From assembly GCA_041690295.1 (NCBI GenBank), contig JAWLHR010000009.1, positions 1-64,000 of the forward strand: a stretch of DNA of 64,000 nt, read 5' to 3'. The translations under genes and the position numbers were made by a program. Under the pieces are notes generated by a model, which saw only the letters and a program-made list of their open reading frames with translations, did not search any database and had not been told where the DNA came from. This stretch comes from Bdellovibrionales bacterium (GTDB lineage: Bacteria > Bdellovibrionota > Bdellovibrionia > Bdellovibrionales > UBA1609). This document shows, piece by piece, positions 1-8,982 of this stretch; the stretch's first letter is position 1; each line of letters opens with the position of its first letter.

Positions 1-194
1 GATCCGATTTGATCCGCTTTTTAGTTTGAATCACACGTGTGCGATGCTTCGAGCCAATATCAATAGGCTAGTGCGGAAGACTTGGTGCACAACGAAAATC
101 CCGCATAGATTGCGCCTTCATCTCGCCATCTATGCGGTTTATCACAATAATATGATTCGGGCTGGGCCATTACCTGCAGGCTAGTGGGGCAGTT
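1..194 (+). mobile_element. Probable right end of an IS1-like insertion element (partial)
   Basis: Inferred from the transposase tail. The terminal repeat cannot be confirmed because the left end is outside the window. Confidence 0.35.
2..184 (+). CDS. C-terminal fragment of an IS1-like transposase (gene begins before the window)
   Basis: Frame +2 is open from the window edge: IRFDPLFSLNHTCAMLRANINRLVRKTWCTTKIPHRLRLHLAIYAVYHNN...*. This resembles the IS1 InsB C-terminal pattern N..LR..(L/I).RL.RKT.C..K. Not in the ORF track because no start codon is present. Confidence 0.6.
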   Translation: MRFDPLFSLNHTCAMLRANINRLVRKTWCTTKIPHRLRLHLAIYAVYHNNMIRAGPLPAG

Positions 195-839
195 CTAGTT
201 TTTCACCAGGCTCCTGATTTTTTTCCATCCTTCATCAGTGCCGTATTCAAAACACATGCGATTGGCCATGGCCCAATCCGGTGGGTCGCCTTTAAGTCGC
301 ATGAACCTGATCCGTTGCCCGCGCTCGGCCCGCGCCAGCGCCAATTGCAGTTTTCGATGGCAGTTGGCCATTGGCACCGATTGGCGTTGCCGGTTACGAG
401 CATAAAACTCAATGGCGACCCAATCTCCCTTGCGGTCAAAGACGAAAGCCGGCGTGGGATATAAGTGCTTGTAAGACGCTGGCAGGCCGCATTTCAAATC
501 GAAATCTTCAGTTGAGTTTTCCAATTGGAATTGAACGAAAGTGGCGTCGAGCCGCACCTCACAAGAGAAGATCACTTCCGCGGCCGCGCGTTCCACCACC
601 GTTGTTTCTTCCGGCGACCAGCGCTCCATGGATTTCTCGCAGAGGTCCCGCAAGTATTCGACCACGTCATCGGTGGAGCAGGGAGCGAATCCGCCGCTGG
701 CTTCGATGATCTTTTCCATGTTGCTTTCGAAACGGCTCCAGCTGATCCGGGGATTGGTGCCCGCGTCCGAGCTACGAAAGTAAAGCCACGCCGGTATACT
801 GAGATTGATCAAAATGAACACGATTTGAACCGGACCCAT
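195..839 (-). CDS. Hypothetical protein with N-terminal membrane anchor
   Basis: 214-aa ORF with hydrophobic N-terminus (VQIVFILINLSIPAWLYF); starts 5 nt after the stop of the upstream methyltransferase gene. Confidence 0.6.
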   Translation of the reverse strand: MGPVQIVFILINLSIPAWLYFRSSDAGTNPRISWSRFESNMEKIIEASGGFAPCSTDDVVEYLRDLCEKSMERWSPEETTVVERAAAEVIFSCEVRLDATFVQFQLENSTEDFDLKCGLPASYKHLYPTPAFVFDRKGDWVAIEFYARNRQRQSVPMANCHRKLQLALARAERGQRIRFMRLKGDPPDWAMANRMCFEYGTDEGWKKIRSLVKN

Positions 840-844
840 TCACT

Positions 845-1579
845 TTAAATCGTATCGACCAGGCCTCGGATGGCCAATGTGCTCTCTCTTTTTCCGTAAA
901 ATCCGGATCGTGATTTTAGACCAAAGCCGAGTCTCTTGAGTGCGCGATTCAAAGCGCCGGTGGCCGCGTATGTTGTAAGTAAACATTCCTTGGCGAGAAG
1001 GGGCTCAAGGACCTCGACTAGAGTATCCTCACGCCACAGCTCCGGACTCATCTTGCTGCTGAATGCATCATAAAAGATAACGCGGGCATCATGAACTGAT
1101 CTCGCGGCCTCGGGAAAGGCGGATAGGAGCTGTAACCGTCCATCAGCCAAGGCCAGTGCTGTCGCTTCCCGGATTTTGCGGGTTTCGACTTCAAGCTTCC
1201 GTTCGATCCCCGAGAGGATTTCTTCATAAACGTCGTTGAGCGGAGAACTTGAGCCGCTCAACCATGAGGCGAAGCAGTTTCGAAGGTCCTCGTCGGATTC
1301 AAAACTCCAGATCTGAAAATCGCGAGACGGCTGGCGGAGCGCTTCGGTGACAGCGAGCAATTCATTATAGCCCAGACCTAAACCGATGGAGACCACCCGC
1401 AAAGGCCAATTCTTCTCAGCCGCCCACTCCAGCGCTGAATGATAGATATAAAGGCTCTCGCTGAGTGCCCCGGCCGAGTGATGCATTTTTTCGCGGTAAC
1501 CGTCCTCGCGGCGGAAGATGAGCGTGGGACTTCCATCGCCGGTGCGAAATATTTCATATTTGGCGGCCAATTCATTCAT
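845..1579 (-). CDS. mnmD: Stand-alone MnmC-type tRNA (mnm5s2U34) methyltransferase domain (MnmD-like)
   Basis: Motifs T.DGSPT, E.MHHSAGALSES.YIY, IGLGLGYN, IFYDAFS...SPELW, LTTYA and GF.GKRE; no FAD oxidase domain. Confidence 0.8.
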   Translation of the reverse strand: MNELAAKYEIFRTGDGSPTLIFRREDGYREKMHHSAGALSESLYIYHSALEWAAEKNWPLRVVSIGLGLGYNELLAVTEALRQPSRDFQIWSFESDEDLRNCFASWLSGSSSPLNDVYEEILSGIERKLEVETRKIREATALALADGRLQLLSAFPEAARSVHDARVIFYDAFSSKMSPELWREDTLVEVLEPLLAKECLLTTYAATGALNRALKRLGFGLKSRSGFYGKRESTLAIRGLVDTI

Positions 1580-1622
1580 ACAGCAGTTTACAAATCTCCC
1601 GGTTCATTCTATTCGAACCGGG

Positions 1623-2540
1623 ATGTCTGTTCCTTATTACCCAATCAGCCGTTTTTACCAAGAACGATTTGGCGAAAAGGTTTACAAAATTTCGGTCGCC
1701 GTGGCGGAGACCTGTCCCAATCGGGAAGGGTTGAAAGGCATGCAGACCTGCAACTTCTGCGACCAATGGGGTTCGGCCGCTTACGCCGAGAATCTTCGGC
1801 GGCCCCTGGTGGAGCAAATGGACCGGGTCAGCCGGGTTTTAAGGGAAAAACGGGGCGCGAAAAAATTCCTCGTGTACTTTCAGGCTTATACGACCACTTT
1901 TTCCCGGGTGGCGCGGTTGCGCGAGCATTTCGAGACCGCGCTGGCTTACCCGGATGTGGTCGGTCTCGTGGTGGGCACTCGGCCTGATTGTCTGTCCCAG
2001 GCCTTTCTTGAACTTTGCCGGGAGATGTCCGAGCGCACGTTCATGGCGGTGGAAATGGGCGTTCAGTCTTTTAATGAAGATATTTTGAAATGGATGCGAA
2101 GGGGGCATACGGCCGCGCAATCCATCGCGGGTTTACGTAAAATCGCCGAGGCCTGCCCCAAGGTGAACCTGGGCGTGCATTTGATTTTCGGCTCGCCCGG
2201 TGAAACCGATGAGTTGGCGATCGAGGCGGCGCGAATTATCAACTCTCTTCCCGTTCAGAATGTAAAGCTCCATCATCTCCATGTTCTTAAGGGAACGGCT
2301 TTGGCCGAGGAATACGCGCGCGGCGAGTTCGAGCCGATTTCGCGCGAAGCTTATTTTCACAGGTGCTGTTTGTTTCTCCAACATTTGAATCCGGACATCG
2401 CGGTCCATCGCTTGTCGGCGCTGTCTTCGCGTTGGGATGAGCTGGTGGCGCCCGATTGGTCCTCATTCCGCATGCGGAATTATCAAGACATGCTTGATTA
2501 CATGGCTCGTGAAAACGCCTATCAGGGTCAGTATGCGTAA
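1623..2540 (+). CDS. TIGR01212 family radical SAM protein (YhcC/YtqA-MnmL-like)
   Basis: Atypical CPNR-x8-CNFC cluster motif, YFQAYT.T, GTRPDCL, VEMGVQS, VKLHHLHVLKGT.L, VHRL. Start placed at ATG 1623. Confidence 0.88.
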   Translation: MSVPYYPISRFYQERFGEKVYKISVAVAETCPNREGLKGMQTCNFCDQWGSAAYAENLRRPLVEQMDRVSRVLREKRGAKKFLVYFQAYTTTFSRVARLREHFETALAYPDVVGLVVGTRPDCLSQAFLELCREMSERTFMAVEMGVQSFNEDILKWMRRGHTAAQSIAGLRKIAEACPKVNLGVHLIFGSPGETDELAIEAARIINSLPVQNVKLHHLHVLKGTALAEEYARGEFEPISREAYFHRCCLFLQHLNPDIAVHRLSALSSRWDELVAPDWSSFRMRNYQDMLDYMARENAYQGQYA

Positions 2541-3228
2541 AATTCTTTTTATTATCGCGGTATTGGTTTGCGGCTGCCAGACGCAACGGCAAAAAGATTT
2601 AAGCCTTGTGCGGGACCGCTATCTGAAATTGAAACCGCTATCGAGTTATTCGTCAACGGTTTGTGAAATTGAATCACGTCCGACCCAGCCGGCGTTGGCC
2701 CGGTTCCAGCAAATGTCGAAGGAAAAGGTCAACGCGGATTCTTGGAAGTTCACCTGGCGCCAAACCGAGACCCGCTGTGAGATCAAACCACATGATAAAA
2801 ATTCAAAAATCGCCGCCGCTCAAATCGCTTTTCTTGAAACGGGTTTTTGCCTGTTACTTCAAAGTCACTACGTGAATTCACCATTCGATGAACTGCCCGT
2901 CAAAGCCGATGACATAAAGTCCGTTGAAGGCGTGGTCCAGGTGGGGCCGGCGATTTCATTGGCGCGTGATGAATTCCTCATTTCCACCAAAACCAAAGCT
3001 CACGGCGATTTGCGCGCGCGATATCGTTTCGAGGAGAGCCTCAATCAATGGGTGCCCTGGGAAATTGAGCAGAGGACGGATCAGTTCATCTTGTCTCTGA
3101 CGGATTTGGTTTATGGTTCGCCTCAAGTCGGAAACCGATTTTCCGTGAAAAGCGCCACGCTGAGCGTGGGCACCGAACGGTTGATAAAGCATTCCGACCT
3201 GCAGGTAATGGATTGCCGGCCGATGTGA
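2533..3228 (+). CDS. Hypothetical lipoprotein
   Basis: MRKILFIIAVLVCGC lipobox; start overlaps the radical SAM stop codon. Confidence 0.65.
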   Translation: MRKILFIIAVLVCGCQTQRQKDLSLVRDRYLKLKPLSSYSSTVCEIESRPTQPALARFQQMSKEKVNADSWKFTWRQTETRCEIKPHDKNSKIAAAQIAFLETGFCLLLQSHYVNSPFDELPVKADDIKSVEGVVQVGPAISLARDEFLISTKTKAHGDLRARYRFEESLNQWVPWEIEQRTDQFILSLTDLVYGSPQVGNRFSVKSATLSVGTERLIKHSDLQVMDCRPM

Positions 3229-4626
3229 TTATTCGGAGTAAAGCTTGGCCATATCCGCGTCGGAGAGAGCGCTGTCCCAGACGATGACTTCGTCGATGAC
3301 ACCTTCCCAGAAATTTCCGGTATCAGTGCCATCGAAATCCTGGCCGAGGCTCCAAAGGTCGTTGGCGGACAAGGTCGAATTAAAGGGCAACGACCCGACT
3401 AACTGGCCATCCAAGTAAATATTGGCCGTGTTATTGGCTATGGTGACACCCACGAGGTGCCAAACTCCGTTCACAATGTTGATTCCGGTCACCAGACAGT
3501 CGTTACGGATTTCGAGTGTCAGGCGCGTGCGATCGCCGTTTCCAGAGCACATTCCTGTGCCGATCTTGACAAGATTCGATCCGGTAGCCGTATTGATCGC
3601 AAAGGCCACGCTGTCATCGCGGATGTCCGAATTCGGCAGCAACCATAAACTGACAGTCAGCTCATTTTGAATCCGCGCCGCTAAGCCGGATAAGTCGACA
3701 TAGACGTCGTCTTGAATGGAAAGCGCGCTGCCAAAGGGGCCAAGGATCGAGCTGGCGCTCGCGCCACCAACGGCCGTTACCCGGCCGGGAAGCGAGGGGT
3801 CCACGGCATTGGGAATAAGGAGCCCGTCGGAGATTTGGCCCACCGGCAAGTGGAACGGAAGGATCGCCACAGCGTTGCTGATCCGAGCGCCCAACGCGGG
3901 CAAGGTTGAGGTCACGCGGCAGTTCATCGTCAAACTCTTGATTTCGCCGTCAAGGATCACGTCCACATGGCCGATATCGGACGTGATATCGACGGCGAAG
4001 GCCACTTCATCGGAAATGTAGCTCAGCACATTCCCGGTCTCCCGCTTTTGCACGGGAAAAGGTTCGACGATCTTCGTGATCTTGGATCCAGAAAGATCGT
4101 CCCCGATATAGAGAGAAGCCTGGCGCGCGCCGGTGATTAAATCCGATTTGATGACAAGGTCCAGGCCGGTCGATGAATCTTCATAACTGCACATCACATC
4201 GACCGCGGAACTGTAAATGTCAGGTCGCACGCGTTCGAAGACCGCCGATTTGAATCCCACGAACTCGGGATTGTAGAACGAATGCTGTAGCCGGGTGTCG
4301 TCGAAGCGAATGGGATAATCCACATCCACACACGCGTCTTCTTTAAGAATGGCGGAATCAGTGGTGACCGAAAGAAGACCGAACTTGTTTTTGTCCGTGG
4401 ATTGCGGGCAGCCGTTCGCGACCACGCGAACATAATCTCCGGGAGCCGGTTTGCCATCGTAGCCGCTGCCGTTACCGCTCACCGATGAGCTGAGGGATTG
4501 CTTGCTGGCGAACTTGGAGAATTTAACTTCAAAACTGACGCCCGTGCAATTTTGGAATAAGAGCACGAGTCCGGCGATCGAAAGCCAAACTACGCTTGTT
4601 GTCTTAAATCGAGACAATACCCGCAT
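3229..4626 (-). CDS. Secreted/lipoprotein with C-terminal LamG (concanavalin A-like) domain
   Basis: Signal ending LLFQNC, then GNGSGYDGKP. C-terminal LTVSLW, WHLVGVT, IYLDG, LGQD, WEG.IDEV.VWD.ALS are LamG motifs. Alternative start 4641. Confidence 0.8.
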   Translation of the reverse strand: MRVLSRFKTTSVVWLSIAGLVLLFQNCTGVSFEVKFSKFASKQSLSSSVSGNGSGYDGKPAPGDYVRVVANGCPQSTDKNKFGLLSVTTDSAILKEDACVDVDYPIRFDDTRLQHSFYNPEFVGFKSAVFERVRPDIYSSAVDVMCSYEDSSTGLDLVIKSDLITGARQASLYIGDDLSGSKITKIVEPFPVQKRETGNVLSYISDEVAFAVDITSDIGHVDVILDGEIKSLTMNCRVTSTLPALGARISNAVAILPFHLPVGQISDGLLIPNAVDPSLPGRVTAVGGASASSILGPFGSALSIQDDVYVDLSGLAARIQNELTVSLWLLPNSDIRDDSVAFAINTATGSNLVKIGTGMCSGNGDRTRLTLEIRNDCLVTGINIVNGVWHLVGVTIANNTANIYLDGQLVGSLPFNSTLSANDLWSLGQDFDGTDTGNFWEGVIDEVIVWDSALSDADMAKLYSE

Positions 4627-4685
4627 TACATACCCACCCATCAGGCCTAACGAAAGATTATCACTATGATGACCGATGAAATACG

Positions 4686-4701
4686 CATAAAATGAAAAGT
4701 A
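4686..4701 (-). promoter_or_regulatory. Conserved box TACTTTTCATTTTATG (copy 1), upstream of the LamG gene and abutting the regulator RBS
   Basis: Exact 16-nt match to 8867-8882; GATAAT hexamer 23 nt downstream on the minus strand. Confidence 0.55.
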
Positions 4702-4710
4702 AGGTGGTTT

Positions 4711-6183
4711 ATGGCGCTTCTTGATGCCTACGAACTGGATAAACTGGAGAAGAGCGTGCGCGAAGGGGACTCCGTCTCAGTTCGAAACTACCTGCGCAAA
4801 ATCAGAATAGCCGATGTACCAAGCCGATTGGCGCTTCGGGTGAGCCGCCTGGCCCGCCGGGTGGACTTTCCCCAATTGGGGCTCATGCTCCTCAGAAGTC
4901 GCGTTATGGACGAATACAATCGTGAGCCCCGTGAAACGGCGGAGTACGCGGTCTGTCTCCTTAAGGTTGGGGCCGTTTCCGAAGCCATTTCCTTGATTAA
5001 AACCGTGGATTCGAATCACGCGCCCGAATCTCTGATTTATCAGGCGTTCATGTTATTCAGCCGTTGGAATTATTCCGAGGCGATTCCCATTCTCGAAAAG
5101 TATGTGGCGCATTCCGCGCTTGGTCCTTATGACAGATTGGTTGGCCAGTTGAATTTAGCGGCGGCGCTGGTTTCAGTGGAAAAATTCGATCGCGCCTTCG
5201 TTGAACTTAACGCGATCGGCGAGGCCGCCATCCGGGGCGGACATCAGTTGATTCTGGGTAACGCCAGTGAGTTGATGGCGCAAGCCCACATTCTCTCGGG
5301 AAACTTAAGTTCCGCGGAAGATTGTTTGAATAAGTCGCAAGAGGCTCTGCAAAAGGCGGCGCCCCGCTACCAGCTCTACATTCGAAAGTGGCGTTGGATT
5401 GGACGTTTAATGAAAGATGCGGGTGATCGGCAGGCGCTTGAAAACCTGGCCCAAGTCCGCCGCGAGGCTTTGCAAATCAACGAATGGGAAACGGTGAGGG
5501 AGTGTGATTTTTATCTCTCCAAATTCAAGAAGGACGCCGAGGGCCTGTTGTACACTTACTTCGGGACGCCATTTAACGAGTACAGAGCGAAAATGCTCCG
5601 CCGTTGTTCGGACTGGATTCAAATTCCCGCCTATTATCACTGGGGAGCAAAGGATTCGAAAAGACACGTCGACCTCGAGACCGGTCTTGACGAAAAAGGG
5701 TCGCTTGTTTTCAAGAAAAGTCAGAATCTGCACCGGCTGTTTATTCTTTTAACCAAGGATTTCTACCGTCCTTCAGGGATAGGACATCTTTTTTCTCAGC
5801 TTTTTGAGAGCGAGAAGTTCAATCCCTTCACATCGCCGCACCGGATTCATGAACTCATGCGCCGGCTAAGAAATCATTTAGCGAAGAAAGACTTGGGACT
5901 GAAGATCGCCGTTGACCGGTTCGGCTATCGGCTGATTCCCGGCCAATTTTCCATTAAAATTCCTCGGGACGCAACGAGCCTGGGTGACCTGCGGACTCTG
6001 ATTGAGAGCCAGTTCAGCCAAGGCCCGTTCAAACTGAATGACCTGGTGGAACGCACGAAACTTCCCCACACCACCGTTTATCGTGAACTGATGTCATTGA
6101 TTTCCGACGGTGTGGTGGAGAAAACCGGCTCCGGTAAAAACACCGCCTACGTTTATTCAAAGGCGGCGCTCAAATCCGCTTGA
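4711..6183 (+). CDS. TPR-repeat transcriptional regulator with OmpR-like winged helix and a second C-terminal winged HTH
   Basis: Helical TPR-like repeats at about aa 70-290; LF..EKFNP.TS.HRIHELMRRLR...GYRL winged helix; C-terminal F.LNDLVERTKLPHTTVYRELMSL...G.VEKTGSGKNT.Y HTH. Confidence 0.7.
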   Translation: MALLDAYELDKLEKSVREGDSVSVRNYLRKIRIADVPSRLALRVSRLARRVDFPQLGLMLLRSRVMDEYNREPRETAEYAVCLLKVGAVSEAISLIKTVDSNHAPESLIYQAFMLFSRWNYSEAIPILEKYVAHSALGPYDRLVGQLNLAAALVSVEKFDRAFVELNAIGEAAIRGGHQLILGNASELMAQAHILSGNLSSAEDCLNKSQEALQKAAPRYQLYIRKWRWIGRLMKDAGDRQALENLAQVRREALQINEWETVRECDFYLSKFKKDAEGLLYTYFGTPFNEYRAKMLRRCSDWIQIPAYYHWGAKDSKRHVDLETGLDEKGSLVFKKSQNLHRLFILLTKDFYRPSGIGHLFSQLFESEKFNPFTSPHRIHELMRRLRNHLAKKDLGLKIAVDRFGYRLIPGQFSIKIPRDATSLGDLRTLIESQFSQGPFKLNDLVERTKLPHTTVYRELMSLISDGVVEKTGSGKNTAYVYSKAALKSA

Positions 6184-7257
6184 TTACATGCAAGTTCCCG
6201 CGGCTTTCACTTCCGTTCCCGGCGGAAGAATCTGCGCGAACACGATTTTATCGCCCTGAATTTCATGGGCGATCCCGGGATTCGGATTCATCGTCAGCGT
6301 TAAGCTGCCGGGGACGGGGGCGCAGGGTAATTGAATGTACTTTCTGCCCTCAAACACAAGATTGTAGCTGATCTTCAAGAGTTCCTTAGTGAAATCCATG
6401 GCGCAGATATCACCCAGCGATCCGCGAGTCAGATTGGAAAGCTCGGCGTAAACCAAGCCATAGCGGGACCCGTTCGCATCGAGACAAACCTCATCATTCG
6501 GGCGAGTGATGATCGAATGGGCGGTGAATTTGGGAGGGTTGAGAATTTGGCTCACTCGGTCGATTAGCACCTGAGGCTTATCGAATTCCTCAAGGTCCTT
6601 ACCATTGGACTTTTCGTCTTCGTCACTTACAAAGATGAAATGAAGGTGCGCGTCTTGTCTGAAGAATCCGAATTCAGCCCGCCGATCCAGCGCCAGGTTG
6701 GCGTTATATATACCACGCTCATCGTCGTCGCCCGAAGTTTGGGATTTCGGGAGTGAAATCGTGGCCCGGAAGGCCTCGCGAAAGTTCGGCACGGCGGGCG
6801 TGAGATAAAAAATTCCGGGATTGGTGTTTTTCATCTCGATCAGGCCGCCGGCATGTCCCGCTCCCCCATTGGGCGACATATCCGTCGAGGAAATGGCGAC
6901 CCGCCAATCGAGACCGGCAACCGAGTCAATGAAACTGGAAAACTTCTCGCCGATGCTCAGCATTTCCTCTTTCATCGAACCGGAAGGATCGACGAAAAAC
7001 ATAATGTCCGCTTTGCCAGTCGTGGGTGGAACCACATAGGAGATATCAAAGGGTTTACCTGAATTGGCATTGGGAGACGGAACGCTACCCAGAAATTCAT
7101 CGGGCGAAATCAGATCAAAACCCACGAAGCAAACGCCATCCACGCATTCCCCGCCCGCTGAGTTGGCTTTATTGTTTTGATCTTCGGCGAATTTAATTTC
7201 ACTGCAACCGATACACAGCAGAACCACGATGATTTGTATGATAATCTTTCCCACCAT
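6184..7257 (-). CDS. VWA-domain lipoprotein
   Basis: LLCIGC lipobox; MIDAS-like DIMFFVDPSGSM and IFVSDEDE; GGAGGAG RBS before ATG 7257. Confidence 0.75.
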   Translation of the reverse strand: MVGKIIIQIIVVLLCIGCSEIKFAEDQNNKANSAGGECVDGVCFVGFDLISPDEFLGSVPSPNANSGKPFDISYVVPPTTGKADIMFFVDPSGSMKEEMLSIGEKFSSFIDSVAGLDWRVAISSTDMSPNGGAGHAGGLIEMKNTNPGIFYLTPAVPNFREAFRATISLPKSQTSGDDDERGIYNANLALDRRAEFGFFRQDAHLHFIFVSDEDEKSNGKDLEEFDKPQVLIDRVSQILNPPKFTAHSIITRPNDEVCLDANGSRYGLVYAELSNLTRGSLGDICAMDFTKELLKISYNLVFEGRKYIQLPCAPVPGSLTLTMNPNPGIAHEIQGDKIVFAQILPPGTEVKAAGTCM

Positions 7258-7279
7258 ATTCTCCTCCCATCCACACGAA

Positions 7280-8788
7280 TCAAAGTTCATAGGCGCCCAA
7301 GTCCGGAGCCGTTCCACTATACTGGCCCGGAGCCAAGTTCAGAACCGTCTCACCGTTATGAACGTAGTTGGCCACACCCGCGTCTTTCGCGGGACTGTTC
7401 GGCGACAATCTGAATTCCGCTGTGTAGGCCGGGTTCACGGTTTTTGTGGTGTTCACATTGATGTTTGAAGATTGATAATTGACGGTGTTTTGAAAGAAAA
7501 GGTTGTAGGCGGCGATCGAGTTACCATCGACGCCCTTCATTCCCACGGCCGAGTTGGTGATGATGTTATTCAAGGCGATAAGATTATCTCCGCCGCTGAT
7601 GCCGTGATTGTTGCCGTCGAATGTATTGTTGAACACGTAAATTCTTTCCGGAATGCTGGCCGCGCGGAAATCCTCGGTCGTGTCGCCGTCATCCATGATG
7701 CCCAAACCCGCGAAGGCGCTGTTACGAATGACATTCCTTTCGATGGTGAACACGCGATTTGAGTTTTTGTTGTAGTCAATGATTTGAATACCGTCTTCTT
7801 CACTGCCGACGATCACGTTGTTCCGTATCACGATATTGACCAGCTCGCCGTCATAGTTATGATTGCGAATTTCGATGCCATCGTCTTCGGCGTTCATGAT
7901 CAAATTATTTTCGATAAGAATCGCGAGCGGTTCGTCGCCGTCAATGCCATCGTCCGAGGGACCGATGAAGGTGTTCCCGCGAACGATTCCTCCGGTACCT
8001 TCGAAGCTCATCGCGTCCGAACCGACCTCGTCAAAGATATTGTCAAAGACATAGGCCGTTCCAAAGGCCACGACACCTTTGCTGCCTTCGCGCAAGGTGA
8101 AGCCCACGATGCTTGTTCCGCCGGCTGAGGCTTCAATGGTGATGATCGGCTTCCCCTCGGAAATAATGGTCTGATCCCTCATGGCCGGGTCTTTCGTGGT
8201 CATGTAACGGGAGGCCAGGGTGATGGCTTTACCGGAAATCTTCAGTCCGCCGGAATAAGTTCCCGGAGCCAACTCAACCACATCGCCGTTTTGCGCGGCA
8301 TTGATCGCCGCTTGAGGTGTCGGGTAGTCCTGTGGGACGCGAAGCACTTTTCCCGACGGCGGTGGGGGGTTGGCCACCGGAGGCGGCGAGGAGCCGGAAC
8401 TTGTATTCGTCACTCTGACCGTGACCAGATTGGATTTTGTCGTTTGGCCCTGTTTATCACGAAGAACCGCCGTCAGCGTGTAAAGGCCGTCCACGAACTG
8501 GGTGGTGTCCCAATCATACGCGTAAGGCGCCACTCGATCCGGGTTGCCAGGCGAAAAGCTTCGGCCGTCCCATTGAAAGTCAACGGATTCAACATCCGTT
8601 CCCGGCGGCACAATGGCTTGCAATGTAATGGTTCCTTTTACATTCGCGCCGTCAACGGGAGATACCAGTCGAAAAACGTTTGAAGCGGAACTTGATGTGG
8701 AGTCGGATTGCGTGAGGCTCTGTATCTCCGTGCAGCCAAGCTGAGAGATCAGAAGCGAAAGAGTAAAGATAGCGAGTCGCACGCTCAT
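7280..8788 (-). CDS. Lipoprotein with bacterial Ig-like domain and right-handed parallel beta-helix
   Basis: LISQLGC lipobox; Ig-like PY.YDWDTT..DG.YTLTA; Pro linker; VP.DYPT.QAAINAA..GD.V.L.PGTY; repeated DDGI/EDGI coils; C-terminal APDLGAYE. Alternative start 8830. Confidence 0.8.
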   Translation of the reverse strand: MSVRLAIFTLSLLISQLGCTEIQSLTQSDSTSSSASNVFRLVSPVDGANVKGTITLQAIVPPGTDVESVDFQWDGRSFSPGNPDRVAPYAYDWDTTQFVDGLYTLTAVLRDKQGQTTKSNLVTVRVTNTSSGSSPPPVANPPPPSGKVLRVPQDYPTPQAAINAAQNGDVVELAPGTYSGGLKISGKAITLASRYMTTKDPAMRDQTIISEGKPIITIEASAGGTSIVGFTLREGSKGVVAFGTAYVFDNIFDEVGSDAMSFEGTGGIVRGNTFIGPSDDGIDGDEPLAILIENNLIMNAEDDGIEIRNHNYDGELVNIVIRNNVIVGSEEDGIQIIDYNKNSNRVFTIERNVIRNSAFAGLGIMDDGDTTEDFRAASIPERIYVFNNTFDGNNHGISGGDNLIALNNIITNSAVGMKGVDGNSIAAYNLFFQNTVNYQSSNINVNTTKTVNPAYTAEFRLSPNSPAKDAGVANYVHNGETVLNLAPGQYSGTAPDLGAYEL

Positions 8789-8866
8789 CGGCTTGATACT
8801 CTTTTTCCCCACACCTTCCCCTTTGTTCATGGTTTCAGTTTAGTCTTTGAAAAAGAGGGCTCGGCC

Positions 8867-8882
8867 CATAAAATGAAAAGTA
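8867..8882 (-). promoter_or_regulatory. Conserved box TACTTTTCATTTTATG (copy 2), upstream of the beta-helix/VWA genes
   Basis: Exact match to 4686-4701; TAAACT hexamer 24 nt downstream on the minus strand. Confidence 0.55.
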
Positions 8883-8920
8883 TCAAGGTGAGACAAATGA
8901 TCAGAAAACGGCGCCATTCA

Positions 8921-8932
8921 TTTCATTCTATG
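8921..8932 (+). promoter_or_regulatory. Conserved box TTTCATTCTATG (copy 3, inverted), upstream of the metallophosphoesterase gene
   Basis: 11/12 match to the core of copies 1 and 2; GAGAAT hexamer 25 nt downstream (8958-8963). Confidence 0.45.
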
Positions 8933-8982
8933 AGGCCGCCGTGCGATCGAGCCGTGTGAGAATGAATTCATAAGGAGGGGGT

